DNA of 55,470 nucleotides. Origin: an uncultured virus (IMG/VR IMGVR_UViG_3300031612_000002) (lineage: Duplodnaviria; Heunggongvirae; Uroviricota; Caudoviricetes). The translations under genes and the position numbers were made by a program. The notes beneath the pieces were generated by a model. The model saw only the letters and a list, made by a program, of their open reading frames with translations, made no database searches and was not told the origin of the DNA. Of this stretch, positions 27,845-36,535 are shown piece by piece (positions within the stretch are counted from its first letter, which is position 1; every line of letters starts with the position of its first letter). The stretch spans positions 62,001 to 117,470 of the IMG/VR virus record IMGVR_UViG_3300031612_000002; one strand, written 5' to 3'.

Positions 27845-28957
27845 ATGTCTAATGTAACGCAAACTCGTACTATCAAGATGTCAGAAGCAAATCAGATTCT
27901 ACCGATTGCATTCCGTCAAAAGCGTCCTATCTTTATGTGGGGACCTCCTGGTATTGGCAAATCGGAAATGGTTAAATCTATTGCTGATTCTGGTGTACTT
28001 GGTACTACCAAAGTAATTGATATGCGTTTGGCATTATTTGAGCCTACCGATCTTCGTGGTTATCCTGTGCCTAATGTTGATACAGGTACTATGCAATGGC
28101 TACCACCATCTGATCTACCTACCGCAGAATTGTCTGCACAGTATGAGACAATTATCTTGTTCCTTGACGAACTTAACTCAGCAGCGCCTAGTGTACAGGC
28201 AGCAGCATATCAGTTGATTCTTGATCGTAAGATTGGTCAATATGTGTTACCAGAAAATGTTGTTGTGATGGCAGCAGGCAACCGTGAGTCTGACAAGGGT
28301 GTATCGTATCGTATGCCTAAGCCGTTGGAAAACCGTTTTGTTCACTTTGAGTTGCGTGTAGACTTTGACGATTGGTTTAACTGGGCAGTAGATAAAAAAA
28401 TCAATTCTGATGTGGTAGGTTTCTTGAACTTTGCAAAGAACGATTTGTATCAGTTTGATCCTAAGTCATCGTCGCGTGGATTTGCAACACCTCGTTCATG
28501 GACTTATGTTGGTGAATTCCTTGATGGCGAGGCAGGTGTATTGCCAGAAGGTTTACAGACTGATATTGTAGCAGGTTGTGTTGGCGAAGGTACTGCGATC
28601 AAGTTCATGGCACATCGCAAGATTGCTAGTGATCTACCTAATCCGTCTGATGTTTTAGATGGTAAAGTGTCTACTCTAAAAACCAAAGAGATTTCAGCGA
28701 TGTATGCACTTGCTACTAGTATGTGTTATGAGTTGAAGGATCGCTCTGATAAGTGCAAAGAGACTAAAGATTCAACTATTTTTGATGAATCATTCAGTAA
28801 CTTTATTAGTTACATGATGGATAACTTCGAAACTGAAATGGTTATCATGGCATCACGAATCGCGATGAAAAACTACGGGCTTGTACCGCAGCAAAGCAAG
28901 ATTGCTCGTTTCCAAGACTTTTTTGATAAATACGGAAGGCTGGTTTTAGACTCATAA
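27845..28957 (+). CDS. MoxR-like AAA+ ATPase
   Basis: WGPPGIGKS, DLRG, LFLDELN, AAGNR, LENRF, TPRSW. Confidence 0.88.
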   Translation: MSNVTQTRTIKMSEANQILPIAFRQKRPIFMWGPPGIGKSEMVKSIADSGVLGTTKVIDMRLALFEPTDLRGYPVPNVDTGTMQWLPPSDLPTAELSAQYETIILFLDELNSAAPSVQAAAYQLILDRKIGQYVLPENVVVMAAGNRESDKGVSYRMPKPLENRFVHFELRVDFDDWFNWAVDKKINSDVVGFLNFAKNDLYQFDPKSSSRGFATPRSWTYVGEFLDGEAGVLPEGLQTDIVAGCVGEGTAIKFMAHRKIASDLPNPSDVLDGKVSTLKTKEISAMYALATSMCYELKDRSDKCKETKDSTIFDESFSNFISYMMDNFETEMVIMASRIAMKNYGLVPQQSKIARFQDFFDKYGRLVLDS

Positions 28958-28989
28958 CGCAGAAGTTAGCGTCTTTTAGAAGAAGTTAT

Positions 28990-29020
28990 AAAAGGGATTC
29001 TATTGCAGAATCCCTTTTTT
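28990..29020. terminator. intrinsic terminator, possibly bidirectional
   Basis: AAAAGGGATTC-tattgca-GAATCCCTTTTTT between convergent genes. Confidence 0.8.
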
Positions 29021-29275
29021 CTTGCAGTTATTATTGTGCCACCGTGAAAGATTTTGGTTGGTTGCTTTTTTACCGCAATGTGGGCATTTACCAGTTGGTC
29101 TATTCTTGGCATTTATTGATATATTTTTCTTATGTTCATCAGATAATCCACCAGCATTGGGGTTATTTGACCATGCGCGGTCTTCTTTGCCCTTGCCGAT
29201 ATAGTAGGGTGTATTGTCTTCGCGTAGGTATTGGTAAACGTAGTAGATGTTATTTTGGGATTGATAAATATTCAT
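29000..29275 (-). mobile_element. internally deleted GIY-YIG-type homing endonuclease gene
   Basis: YYVYQY..PYYIGKG..RAW joined directly to a NUMOD-like SDEHKKNIS segment and CPHC zinc ribbon; only 91 aa; AGGAG RBS; TAAATA 29342-29347. Confidence 0.65.
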
Positions 29276-29359
29276 GTTGATACTCCTGTTTAGTATTAAA
29301 GCGATTAGGGATTGCCGTCCAGTGAATCGCACTTCTATATCTATTTATCCTTTTATATG

Positions 29360-29388
29360 TTGACAAGATGATTATACTCTGTTATAAT
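29360..29388 (+). promoter_or_regulatory. sigma70 promoter
   Basis: TTGACA-N17-TATAAT. Confidence 0.8.
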
Positions 29389-29416
29389 AGTTGTTATACT
29401 AGATTTGGAATATAAT

Positions 29417-29740
29417 ATGTTAACAGATAAACAGAAAGAAATAAGCGAAGTTGATTTTTCTCAATACAATCCGACTGAACGTAAGAACATTCGATTATAT
29501 GGAAAAGCACATAAAGATTGGACAGTTTGGCATTGCATTGACCATAAACATAGTTGGTTCTCTAGAGGATTAGATGTTCGAATCACCGCTACTAATACAG
29601 AAGAAATGCAGAAATGGTGCACAAATAATATCTATCTACAATCGTGGAATGTCATTAAGCGATTAGAGGGAGACAACAATAAGCATCAGTTTTTGTTTGA
29701 AAACCAAAATGATGCATTCATATTTAAATTACTATTTTAG
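29417..29740 (+). CDS. hypothetical protein
   Basis: Ends FENQNDAFIFKLLF, a C-terminal motif shared with 30289. Confidence 0.7.
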   Translation: MLTDKQKEISEVDFSQYNPTERKNIRLYGKAHKDWTVWHCIDHKHSWFSRGLDVRITATNTEEMQKWCTNNIYLQSWNVIKRLEGDNNKHQFLFENQNDAFIFKLLF

Positions 29741-29749
29741 GAATATACC

Positions 29750-30292
29750 ATGACAACACATGCAATGATTGATATTGAAACATTGGGCACTGATACAGAT
29801 GCCGTGGTACTTACTATTGGTGGGGTTAAATTTGATCCCAACGATGAATCTCGTGGTACATGGGATGAATTCTATTACAGTCTAGATATAGCAGAACAGT
29901 TAGATACTCGTAGCACTACTGATGAAACAATTGCATGGTGGGCTAAAACAAATGGCGCAATGTTACTTGAAGAACTTGACAATCCTAATCGTACGCCTGT
30001 AATTGATGTATTAAAAGCGTTGTGTAAATGGCAAGTTGGTCCCTCTCATATTTGGGCACAGGGTCCGCAGTTTGATTTCGGTATTCTTGAAAACATGTAT
30101 CGCCAGTATGATCATCATATTCCGTGGTCTGGTTTTTGGCGAATTAGAGATAGTCGTACATTGCTAGGACTTATGGAAATTGATCCTCGTAAGGCGATTG
30201 AGTTTGAAGCGCATAATGCGATGGAAGATTGTAAAGTACAAGCATTGTGTGTACAGCGCACATTGAAGCATTTTGGTGTTCACCATTCATGA
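29750..30292 (+). CDS. DEDDh 3'-5' exonuclease (DexA/RNase AS-like)
   Basis: MIDIETLG, WAQGPQFD, RDSRT, HNAMED. Confidence 0.85.
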   Translation: MTTHAMIDIETLGTDTDAVVLTIGGVKFDPNDESRGTWDEFYYSLDIAEQLDTRSTTDETIAWWAKTNGAMLLEELDNPNRTPVIDVLKALCKWQVGPSHIWAQGPQFDFGILENMYRQYDHHIPWSGFWRIRDSRTLLGLMEIDPRKAIEFEAHNAMEDCKVQALCVQRTLKHFGVHHS

Positions 30293-30723
30293 TACTGGAT
30301 TTCATACGATCACGCTATAAACGCAGGGTTGATAAGCGATATCTAAAGAAACATAACTGTACAAGTTGGGAACAATATAATCATGTATATGATACTTGCA
30401 GGGATAAATCTGCCCCCAATCTTGTAGATTATTATTTTGGATACAAGTCTATTGTTCATGTAAGATGGGCTGTCATCACTAATTTCCCATCATGGTATCA
30501 TCCATTTGCATCCACCCCATATGAATTGACTGATTGGTGTAAAGAGCATTGTACAGATGAGTTTAGACTTGATCGCATACATGGTAAATTTATAAATTCT
30601 AAATTCGTGATAAGCACTGATGTAGATGCCGTGGCGATTGCATTACACAATACTTATCCAGAAGTGTTCATGGCATTCAAGTCAGAAAAAGATGCCTTAT
30701 TATTTAAGTTGCGTTGGATATGA
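30289..30723 (+). CDS. hypothetical protein
   Basis: DWCKEHC...AFKSEKDALLFKLRW; ATGA coupling. Confidence 0.7.
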   Translation: MILDFIRSRYKRRVDKRYLKKHNCTSWEQYNHVYDTCRDKSAPNLVDYYFGYKSIVHVRWAVITNFPSWYHPFASTPYELTDWCKEHCTDEFRLDRIHGKFINSKFVISTDVDAVAIALHNTYPEVFMAFKSEKDALLFKLRWI

Positions 30724-30858
30724 GGTAGAGGGATAACATCTATGCGAGATCAACATATGTGACTACAAAAGCGCGTGCGGTTCTCACCTCCCGAGTTGGT
30801 GTTATATTGCGCTTTGCATAGATGTCTGATTTTCTTAGAAACATGTTCTTAAATCATC
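30722..30858 (-). ncRNA. candidate structured small RNA
   Basis: Nested inverted repeats 30736-45/30816-25 and 30768-74/30809-15; TAAATA 30864-30869 on - strand; GC-richer than flanks. Confidence 0.4.
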
Positions 30859-31025
30859 ACTTGTATTTAGTAAAATAAAAAACATGATATTCTCAGTCTA
30901 TATAAATGGTATGAATAACAAATATATACTATATAACTACCATTTATGTAATACTTTAGTATAAATAAAGGTGTTAGTATGCTATAATGTGTACTGATTA
31001 TTAAATCATACTGGAGGGACATACA

Positions 31026-31199
31026 ATGTCAATATTACAAAGAGTGCGAACAAAATTCGCAAAACGCTCTGCTATTACCAAGGCTAATAGAGAATTGGAA
31101 AGCTGGGCGAGAATTGAATACAAGAACGATTGGCAAATGGTATATAACCATATGTTAAACAACAAGGGCAAAGTCCCATCAAAAGAGGAATTATCATAA
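31026..31199 (+). CDS. small basic protein (57 aa, not in ORF track)
   Basis: TAAATA 30962, GGAGG RBS; MSILQRVRTKF...WARIEYKNDW. Confidence 0.7.
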   Translation: MSILQRVRTKFAKRSAITKANRELESWARIEYKNDWQMVYNHMLNNKGKVPSKEELS

Positions 31200-31366
31200 T
31201 GAGTAGAATCAAACGAGTACTGAAGCGATTGAATAAAAAATTACATACACCAACACAGGAAGAGCAGTATCTGTCAAGTGCATCTAGTTTATCTAATCTT
31301 GAACATAGACAGCAAAACATTCAACGTGGTTCTGCGCCATATCAGAAACGTGTAAATCATTACTGA
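31199..31366 (+). CDS. small protein, DUF3563-like (55 aa, not in ORF track)
   Basis: TAATG coupling; EEQYLSSASSLSNLEHRQQNIQRG. Confidence 0.6.
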   Translation: MSRIKRVLKRLNKKLHTPTQEEQYLSSASSLSNLEHRQQNIQRGSAPYQKRVNHY

Positions 31367-31380
31367 TATAAACGAATTTA

Positions 31381-31408
31381 AAAAATAGGTGCTTATTGCG
31401 CCTTTTTT
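31381..31408 (+). terminator. intrinsic terminator
   Basis: AGGTGC-ttatt-GCGCCT-TTTTT. Confidence 0.7.
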
Positions 31409-31467
31409 ATTGTCTATTTTTTGTCATCAATCAGATTAACTACTAAGTGCATTCTCTCGTCTTTAAA

Positions 31468-31746
31468 TTAAGTGTATGCTATATCAACATCGGTAAAATA
31501 ACCTTCTATTATATTCTGTACGATGATAGGGTTACAATGTACATACTCTCTATTAACTTTGAATGATTCTTTCAATAGTTTTAGTATTGTACGCTCATGT
31601 ATAATGTCGGGGATGTCATATATTTTCTTGAAGTAACAATCTGGCGCAGCCGTTCGGTATGCCTTTATGCGTTGTTCTGGATCTTTCGTGATACCCAATT
31701 TACAGTAGTCTGGTTTGTGTGGGTCAATCAAAATATAATATTTCAA
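31468..31746 (-). CDS. GIY-YIG (T5orf172-like) protein
   Basis: YYIL..YCKLGIT.DPEQRI..Y.T, HE, REYV; TTG start after GGAG; TAAATA 31775-31780. Confidence 0.7.
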   Translation of the reverse strand: MKYYILIDPHKPDYCKLGITKDPEQRIKAYRTAAPDCYFKKIYDIPDIIHERTILKLLKESFKVNREYVHCNPIIVQNIIEGYFTDVDIAYT

Positions 31747-31798
31747 TATAGTTTATCTCCTATAATTATATAGGTATTTATTCATGCTAAATACTGTT

Positions 31799-32785
31799 AT
31801 GAATAGAATAGCAACAATACGTAGAGTCGCAGATGCATTGACATTAGCGACAACTCAAGAAGAAAAATTATTAATATTAGAAAAATATGAAGAAAACTCA
31901 TTGATCAAAATGTTAGTTACCTTTGCATATGATCCAATGCTTCAATTTGATATGAAAGATTGGACACCACTGAACGCTGGCAAAATGCATGGCATGGGAA
32001 TCCCAAGATTCATGCATTTATTTGAAGAAATTTTAAATAACAAATACACAACATCAGAAGCAAAATTCGCATGTAATCTAGCAGTGACACATATGAACGA
32101 TCAAGAAGTGCCAATATTTGTCGCAATCATGAAAAACGAATGCGATTGGGGACTTGATGCAGATACTATCAACACTGTATGGAATAATTTAATAAAAGGT
32201 TATCCAGTGCAATGTGCTAGTGAATACACGGAAGAGAATATGAAAAACATCTCGTTTCCTTGCGTGGTACAACAGATGATGGACGGTGTGCGATTGAATA
32301 TTATTGTTCGTGGCGAAGTGGTAGAATTTAGGAGTGTATCTGGCGAGTTCATCCATACGGTTGACGTATGTGCAGATCAGTTTAAGATATTGACACAGTC
32401 TGGCACTACAGTATTTGATGGGTGTGCAGTAGTTGTAGATGATAATATGAATGTAGTAGGTACTACAATGAATGATATTATGTCAGCAGATGTAGCAGAT
32501 ATCAGATTCTACTTATGGGATTCTATACGACATGATGGATTTGTGCAGCATGAAGATACCCGTATAGGATATAACTGGCGATACAATGGTATAGAACATA
32601 TGATGTTCTTAGCAGCAGATAAGAATGCAGATCCTTGTTATTTAATTACACTATCCGAAGTAGTAGCAGATCTAGATGGTGTAACTAAATTTATGGAATC
32701 TAATAATTGTGATGTAATTATAAAAGATTTTGCTGGGACCTGGAGAGATGGTATCACGCCATTTGAAGTAATAATTCGTAAATAA
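31799..32785 (+). CDS. degenerate ATP-dependent DNA ligase paralogue
   Basis: T4-ligase-like layout (AYDP, xxDGVR, FRS.SG, VFDG, LWD) but QQMMDG in place of KxDG and no OB domain; TAAATA-N5-ATG. Confidence 0.7.
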   Translation: MNRIATIRRVADALTLATTQEEKLLILEKYEENSLIKMLVTFAYDPMLQFDMKDWTPLNAGKMHGMGIPRFMHLFEEILNNKYTTSEAKFACNLAVTHMNDQEVPIFVAIMKNECDWGLDADTINTVWNNLIKGYPVQCASEYTEENMKNISFPCVVQQMMDGVRLNIIVRGEVVEFRSVSGEFIHTVDVCADQFKILTQSGTTVFDGCAVVVDDNMNVVGTTMNDIMSADVADIRFYLWDSIRHDGFVQHEDTRIGYNWRYNGIEHMMFLAADKNADPCYLITLSEVVADLDGVTKFMESNNCDVIIKDFAGTWRDGITPFEVIIRK

Positions 32786-32790
32786 ATACC

Positions 32791-32820
32791 TTGACAGAAC
32801 ATATAAACATAGTATATAAT
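32791..32820 (+). promoter_or_regulatory. sigma70-type promoter upstream of the enzyme cluster
   Basis: TTGACA-N18-TATAAT. Confidence 0.6.
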
Positions 32821-32871
32821 AGTATCAATGTTATAATACATACATATATATAAAACTTATAGGGGATTACC

Positions 32872-33102
32872 ATGATTAATGCAGACGTAGTAACAAATAT
32901 CATCCAAGATGAGATTAATAAAAGTACAGATATGAGTGTAACAAAAGTGTTATCTTCAATTAAATCACAGATTGTGAATTTAGAAGAGAATGAACTGAAA
33001 AATATGTTTGAAGATTACATGCAGCGAGAAATTGCAGCAGCAGACGTAAATCGTCGTACAAAGAAGAAAGCAGAAGAGAAATTATTAAGAGAACTGTTTT
33101 AA
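32872..33102 (+). CDS. hypothetical coiled-coil protein
   Basis: 76 aa, AGGGG RBS. Confidence 0.7.
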   Translation: MINADVVTNIIQDEINKSTDMSVTKVLSSIKSQIVNLEENELKNMFEDYMQREIAAADVNRRTKKKAEEKLLRELF

Positions 33103-33104
33103 TA

Positions 33105-33866
33105 ATGTATAAGAAATTAATGCCAGATAAGTTCGAACCCGGTGATCCTAATGAGAGATCATGTCATATGCCAAGGTGGGCATATGACGATGGTAATTTT
33201 ATTGTAAAAATAATACCAGCTATTGATGAAGAATGTATTCAAGGACAAATTGATCTAATAAATTCATTACACCCTAAAAAACTAATACATGATGATTGGG
33301 AAATTATTGAAAGACTAGATTATTCTTGGAATGGTAATGAGTCAAACTCAAATTCTTTTATTAAGTATAAAATGACAAGAGTTCCTTACGGGTTTGAATT
33401 AGACAAAAATTTATCTTGGTTGGAGAATGACTCTAACCCATTATCCTCAATATACAACGATATGGATATGTATAATAAACACGTATTTCCAAAATATATA
33501 GAAACAAATCTGAAGATATTTCCTTATTGTAATGTTGACGGCGGACGTAGTAATATATTGCAGTTTGATATTGGTGATTGGATTATTATTGATTGGGATG
33601 ATTGCATTCTTGGTCAAATTCACGATTCACAATACATAGGTGAATGCCTAGTAATAGATGCTGTAGAAACTTTGTATGAAGCCGCAAAGATTGGCGCTGA
33701 CTATAATTTGCTGTTTGAGTATTATAATAGTACATATGACGTTTATAAAAAATTAACGTATAATACTGTATTAGATGATTGTGAGATTAACATAGAAACA
33801 GCAGCACGTATATCTTATGAAAAATTAAAGGAAATAAACAGGCGTAACATAGGTTCTATAAATTAA
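33105..33866 (+). CDS. kinase-like (APH/protein kinase fold) protein
   Basis: IVKI, DGGRSNIL (DxxxxN), IIIDWDD. Confidence 0.5.
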   Translation: MYKKLMPDKFEPGDPNERSCHMPRWAYDDGNFIVKIIPAIDEECIQGQIDLINSLHPKKLIHDDWEIIERLDYSWNGNESNSNSFIKYKMTRVPYGFELDKNLSWLENDSNPLSSIYNDMDMYNKHVFPKYIETNLKIFPYCNVDGGRSNILQFDIGDWIIIDWDDCILGQIHDSQYIGECLVIDAVETLYEAAKIGADYNLLFEYYNSTYDVYKKLTYNTVLDDCEINIETAARISYEKLKEINRRNIGSIN

Positions 33867-35117
33867 ATGAAAAACACATTCGTAAATAGAAAAGATCTAC
33901 CTACCTGTTTAGCACCTTGGCACGCATTAACTGTTAAATGGGGTGGTAACGTCATCCCAGACATTATCTATAAAGGTAAATTAGGTAATATTGGTAAGCA
34001 ATCATTGCGTGAAATACTAGAGGGAGATGCATACACTGAATTGAGAGAATCACATCGTAAGCGTGAGATTCCAGAATCATGTCAGGGTTGCGTGAAGAAA
34101 GAGAAAGTTGGGCGCAGTCGTCGTTTATATTTCTGGGATAGAATTGATCATGAAACAAAGGTTGCGAGTAAAGATCTTACAGTAGATTCTGTTCCTGATA
34201 TTAGGTATCTTGATTTTACTCTTAGTAATAAATGTAATCTAGCATGTATTCATTGTGATCCGTTCGTAAGTACAGGCTGGACTAAAGATGGTAAATCTCT
34301 TAATAGAGAAAAGCCAGAATATTGGAGTAAACAGCCAATAGGTTATCATGGTGCAAGTATAGACTTCATGGATAATCTATTTAAGAATCCAGAGTATTTT
34401 CGCAATCTGCAATGGGTGGCACTGCGTGGTGGTGAGCCGTTGTATGATGAAATCTGTTTATCAGTATTGCAATGGTTTGTAGACAATGGTATTGCAAGTA
34501 GCGTATCATTAGACATCAGTACAAATGCAACCGTATTCAAAGAAGAATTTAGAGAATTATTCAGTCACTTTAAGCATGTAGAATTATTAATTAGTGTAGA
34601 AGCAACTGATGAATTATATAGTATTATTCGTGGCGGTCCTAGTTACACATGGGATCAATTGAACGAGAACATAGAAAAATTCTACGATATCCCAAATGTA
34701 GAGGTAGTGTTTGCTGTTACGGTAATGATTACCAATATATTTAATTTAGATAAAGTCTGGGAATGGTTTGCTACCCATCATGCGCATCGTGCAAGTATTT
34801 CGATGAGTAACGTGGTAGTTCATCCTGGCTATTTGAATATAGGAAATATGCCAGAAGAGTTGAAAGCATTGGCGTATGATAAAATAAAGCATATCCCTAA
34901 TTTAGAAATGTGGCCACTTACTAGTGCAAACTCAGATGAAGGTGGATATCAGACAGGTATTGAATCCATTCGTAATGGGTTAATGTTATCAAACGAAGAT
35001 GATCAAGAATCTGATAAGCAATGGAATTGGTTTCTAAGGTACACTGACGATTTAGATAGATTACGAAAAACAGAAACATTGCAGTATATACCAGAAATCG
35101 AGAGTTATGTCAGATAG
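33867..35117 (+). CDS. radical SAM enzyme with N-terminal SPASM/twitch-like domain (#1)
   Basis: CLAPW..CQGC; CNLACIHC; GGEP; STNAT. Confidence 0.9.
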   Translation: MKNTFVNRKDLPTCLAPWHALTVKWGGNVIPDIIYKGKLGNIGKQSLREILEGDAYTELRESHRKREIPESCQGCVKKEKVGRSRRLYFWDRIDHETKVASKDLTVDSVPDIRYLDFTLSNKCNLACIHCDPFVSTGWTKDGKSLNREKPEYWSKQPIGYHGASIDFMDNLFKNPEYFRNLQWVALRGGEPLYDEICLSVLQWFVDNGIASSVSLDISTNATVFKEEFRELFSHFKHVELLISVEATDELYSIIRGGPSYTWDQLNENIEKFYDIPNVEVVFAVTVMITNIFNLDKVWEWFATHHAHRASISMSNVVVHPGYLNIGNMPEELKALAYDKIKHIPNLEMWPLTSANSDEGGYQTGIESIRNGLMLSNEDDQESDKQWNWFLRYTDDLDRLRKTETLQYIPEIESYVR

Positions 35118-35358
35118 TGCAACTTGCACATTTGTAGTAACAAACGATGGTATCGTGATCGTACATCATAGAGAATATTGCGGCTACATATACGACGATG
35201 AGTGTATATGGCATAATGAGATTGGACCTGCGGTTATATGGCCTGATGGTCACGCTGCATGGTGGATTGATGGAATTAATTATACATTCAATGAATGGGT
35301 TACTCTAGTTGACCTACCAGATGAAGAAATATTTTTATTAAAGATGGCATATTTATAA
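35107..35358 (+). CDS. hypothetical protein
   Basis: HNEIGPAVIWPDG..WWIDG, a repeat unit common in phages. Confidence 0.65.
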   Translation: MSDSATCTFVVTNDGIVIVHHREYCGYIYDDECIWHNEIGPAVIWPDGHAAWWIDGINYTFNEWVTLVDLPDEEIFLLKMAYL

Positions 35359-35621
35359 TGATAAAACGACAATATATAAAAACGACAGAAGACTTCAAAG
35401 ACAATATGGGTGCTAATAACGATTTAGTTATACTCACATATTCGGATGAAACAATTACAGACAAATATAGTGTTACACTTAGTGGTACAACAAGTGAAAT
35501 AGTATTTGAATCTATATTTAATGATTACGATGAAGCGAGAGATTTCTTTATGCTCGTTGTAAGCGCACATCCTATTACATTTGATAATGCAATAGCACTA
35601 GGACTAACAAGGAATACATGA
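35358..35621 (+). CDS. hypothetical protein
   Basis: 87 aa, translationally coupled. Confidence 0.6.
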   Translation: MIKRQYIKTTEDFKDNMGANNDLVILTYSDETITDKYSVTLSGTTSEIVFESIFNDYDEARDFFMLVVSAHPITFDNAIALGLTRNT

Positions 35622-36535
35622 TGAGTAACAACCCAGATTTCGGTAAGACAGGCAACAGTATTTGGAATCAACCATTTATTGACTATATACAAGATGAAGT
35701 ATTGCCAAATATGAATTTGGCAGAAGTGGGTACAGCACCAGCAGAATTCTTAGAATTATATCCCAAATGGATACAAAGCAGCAAATTAAATAACTTTACT
35801 GGGTTAGATACATATCCTGATCGTTATGTTAGTTTAGGTACTACACAAGCATTAGAATGGTGGCAGTATTGGTGCATCGCTACTGGACAGAACTTAAAGG
35901 TGTTCCGTGGTGAATATCCGTATAACCGTGATGTATGGTTGGGACCAGAAATGAATTGGTCAGATAGCATTGACGATACTGGGTTATCCGTAGGTGATGC
36001 GGTTATCGTTAGTATTCCATTCAGTGGTAACGGACGCAAGCACGAGCGATGGGATTGGTTGATTGAAGAGTGTACAGCAAAGAATATTCCTATTCTGGTA
36101 GATTGTGCATGGTTTGGAACTTGTTTTGATATTGATGTTGATTTGTCACATGATTGTATTAAGATGGTTGCATTCAGCACTGGTAAAGGATTAAGTGGTG
36201 GTAACTGGCGTGCTGGTATTGTGTTCAGTCGTTTAGATGAAGAGCGTTGTGGTATGCGAGTGCAGACAGAATGGAATCACGGTATTCATTTGAATGTAGC
36301 ATTGTCTAATGCGTTAATGAAAAAGTTCAGCCCAGATACTATGCCTAACAAATATAGAGAAGCACATAAAATTGTATGTGAACATTATGGATTGCAAGAG
36401 ACTAATACGATACATATTGCCCAAGCACCTGATACACCAGAATGGGATATGTTCCATCGTGATCGCGCATACAATCGCATCAACTTAGCGAAAGCACTAA
36501 AGAGGTATAAAAATAATGGCAAATTTGCCGAGTAA
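35618..36535 (+). CDS. PLP-dependent fold-type I enzyme (aminotransferase-like)
   Basis: GTTQA, GEY, ILVDCAW, FSTGKG (PLP Lys), RAG. Confidence 0.7.
   Translation: MMSNNPDFGKTGNSIWNQPFIDYIQDEVLPNMNLAEVGTAPAEFLELYPKWIQSSKLNNFTGLDTYPDRYVSLGTTQALEWWQYWCIATGQNLKVFRGEYPYNRDVWLGPEMNWSDSIDDTGLSVGDAVIVSIPFSGNGRKHERWDWLIEECTAKNIPILVDCAWFGTCFDIDVDLSHDCIKMVAFSTGKGLSGGNWRAGIVFSRLDEERCGMRVQTEWNHGIHLNVALSNALMKKFSPDTMPNKYREAHKIVCEHYGLQETNTIHIAQAPDTPEWDMFHRDRAYNRINLAKALKRYKNNGKFAE

Noticed and set aside
30722..30858. Structured region as a hammerhead ribozyme or 6S RNA
   Set aside because: No CUGANGA/GAAA core, and too short and asymmetric for 6S; kept only as an unclassified candidate
31084..31320. 78-aa Cys-rich minus-strand ORF as a RiPP precursor
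   Set aside because: Antisense to two plus-strand ORFs that have promoter, RBS, coupling and terminator
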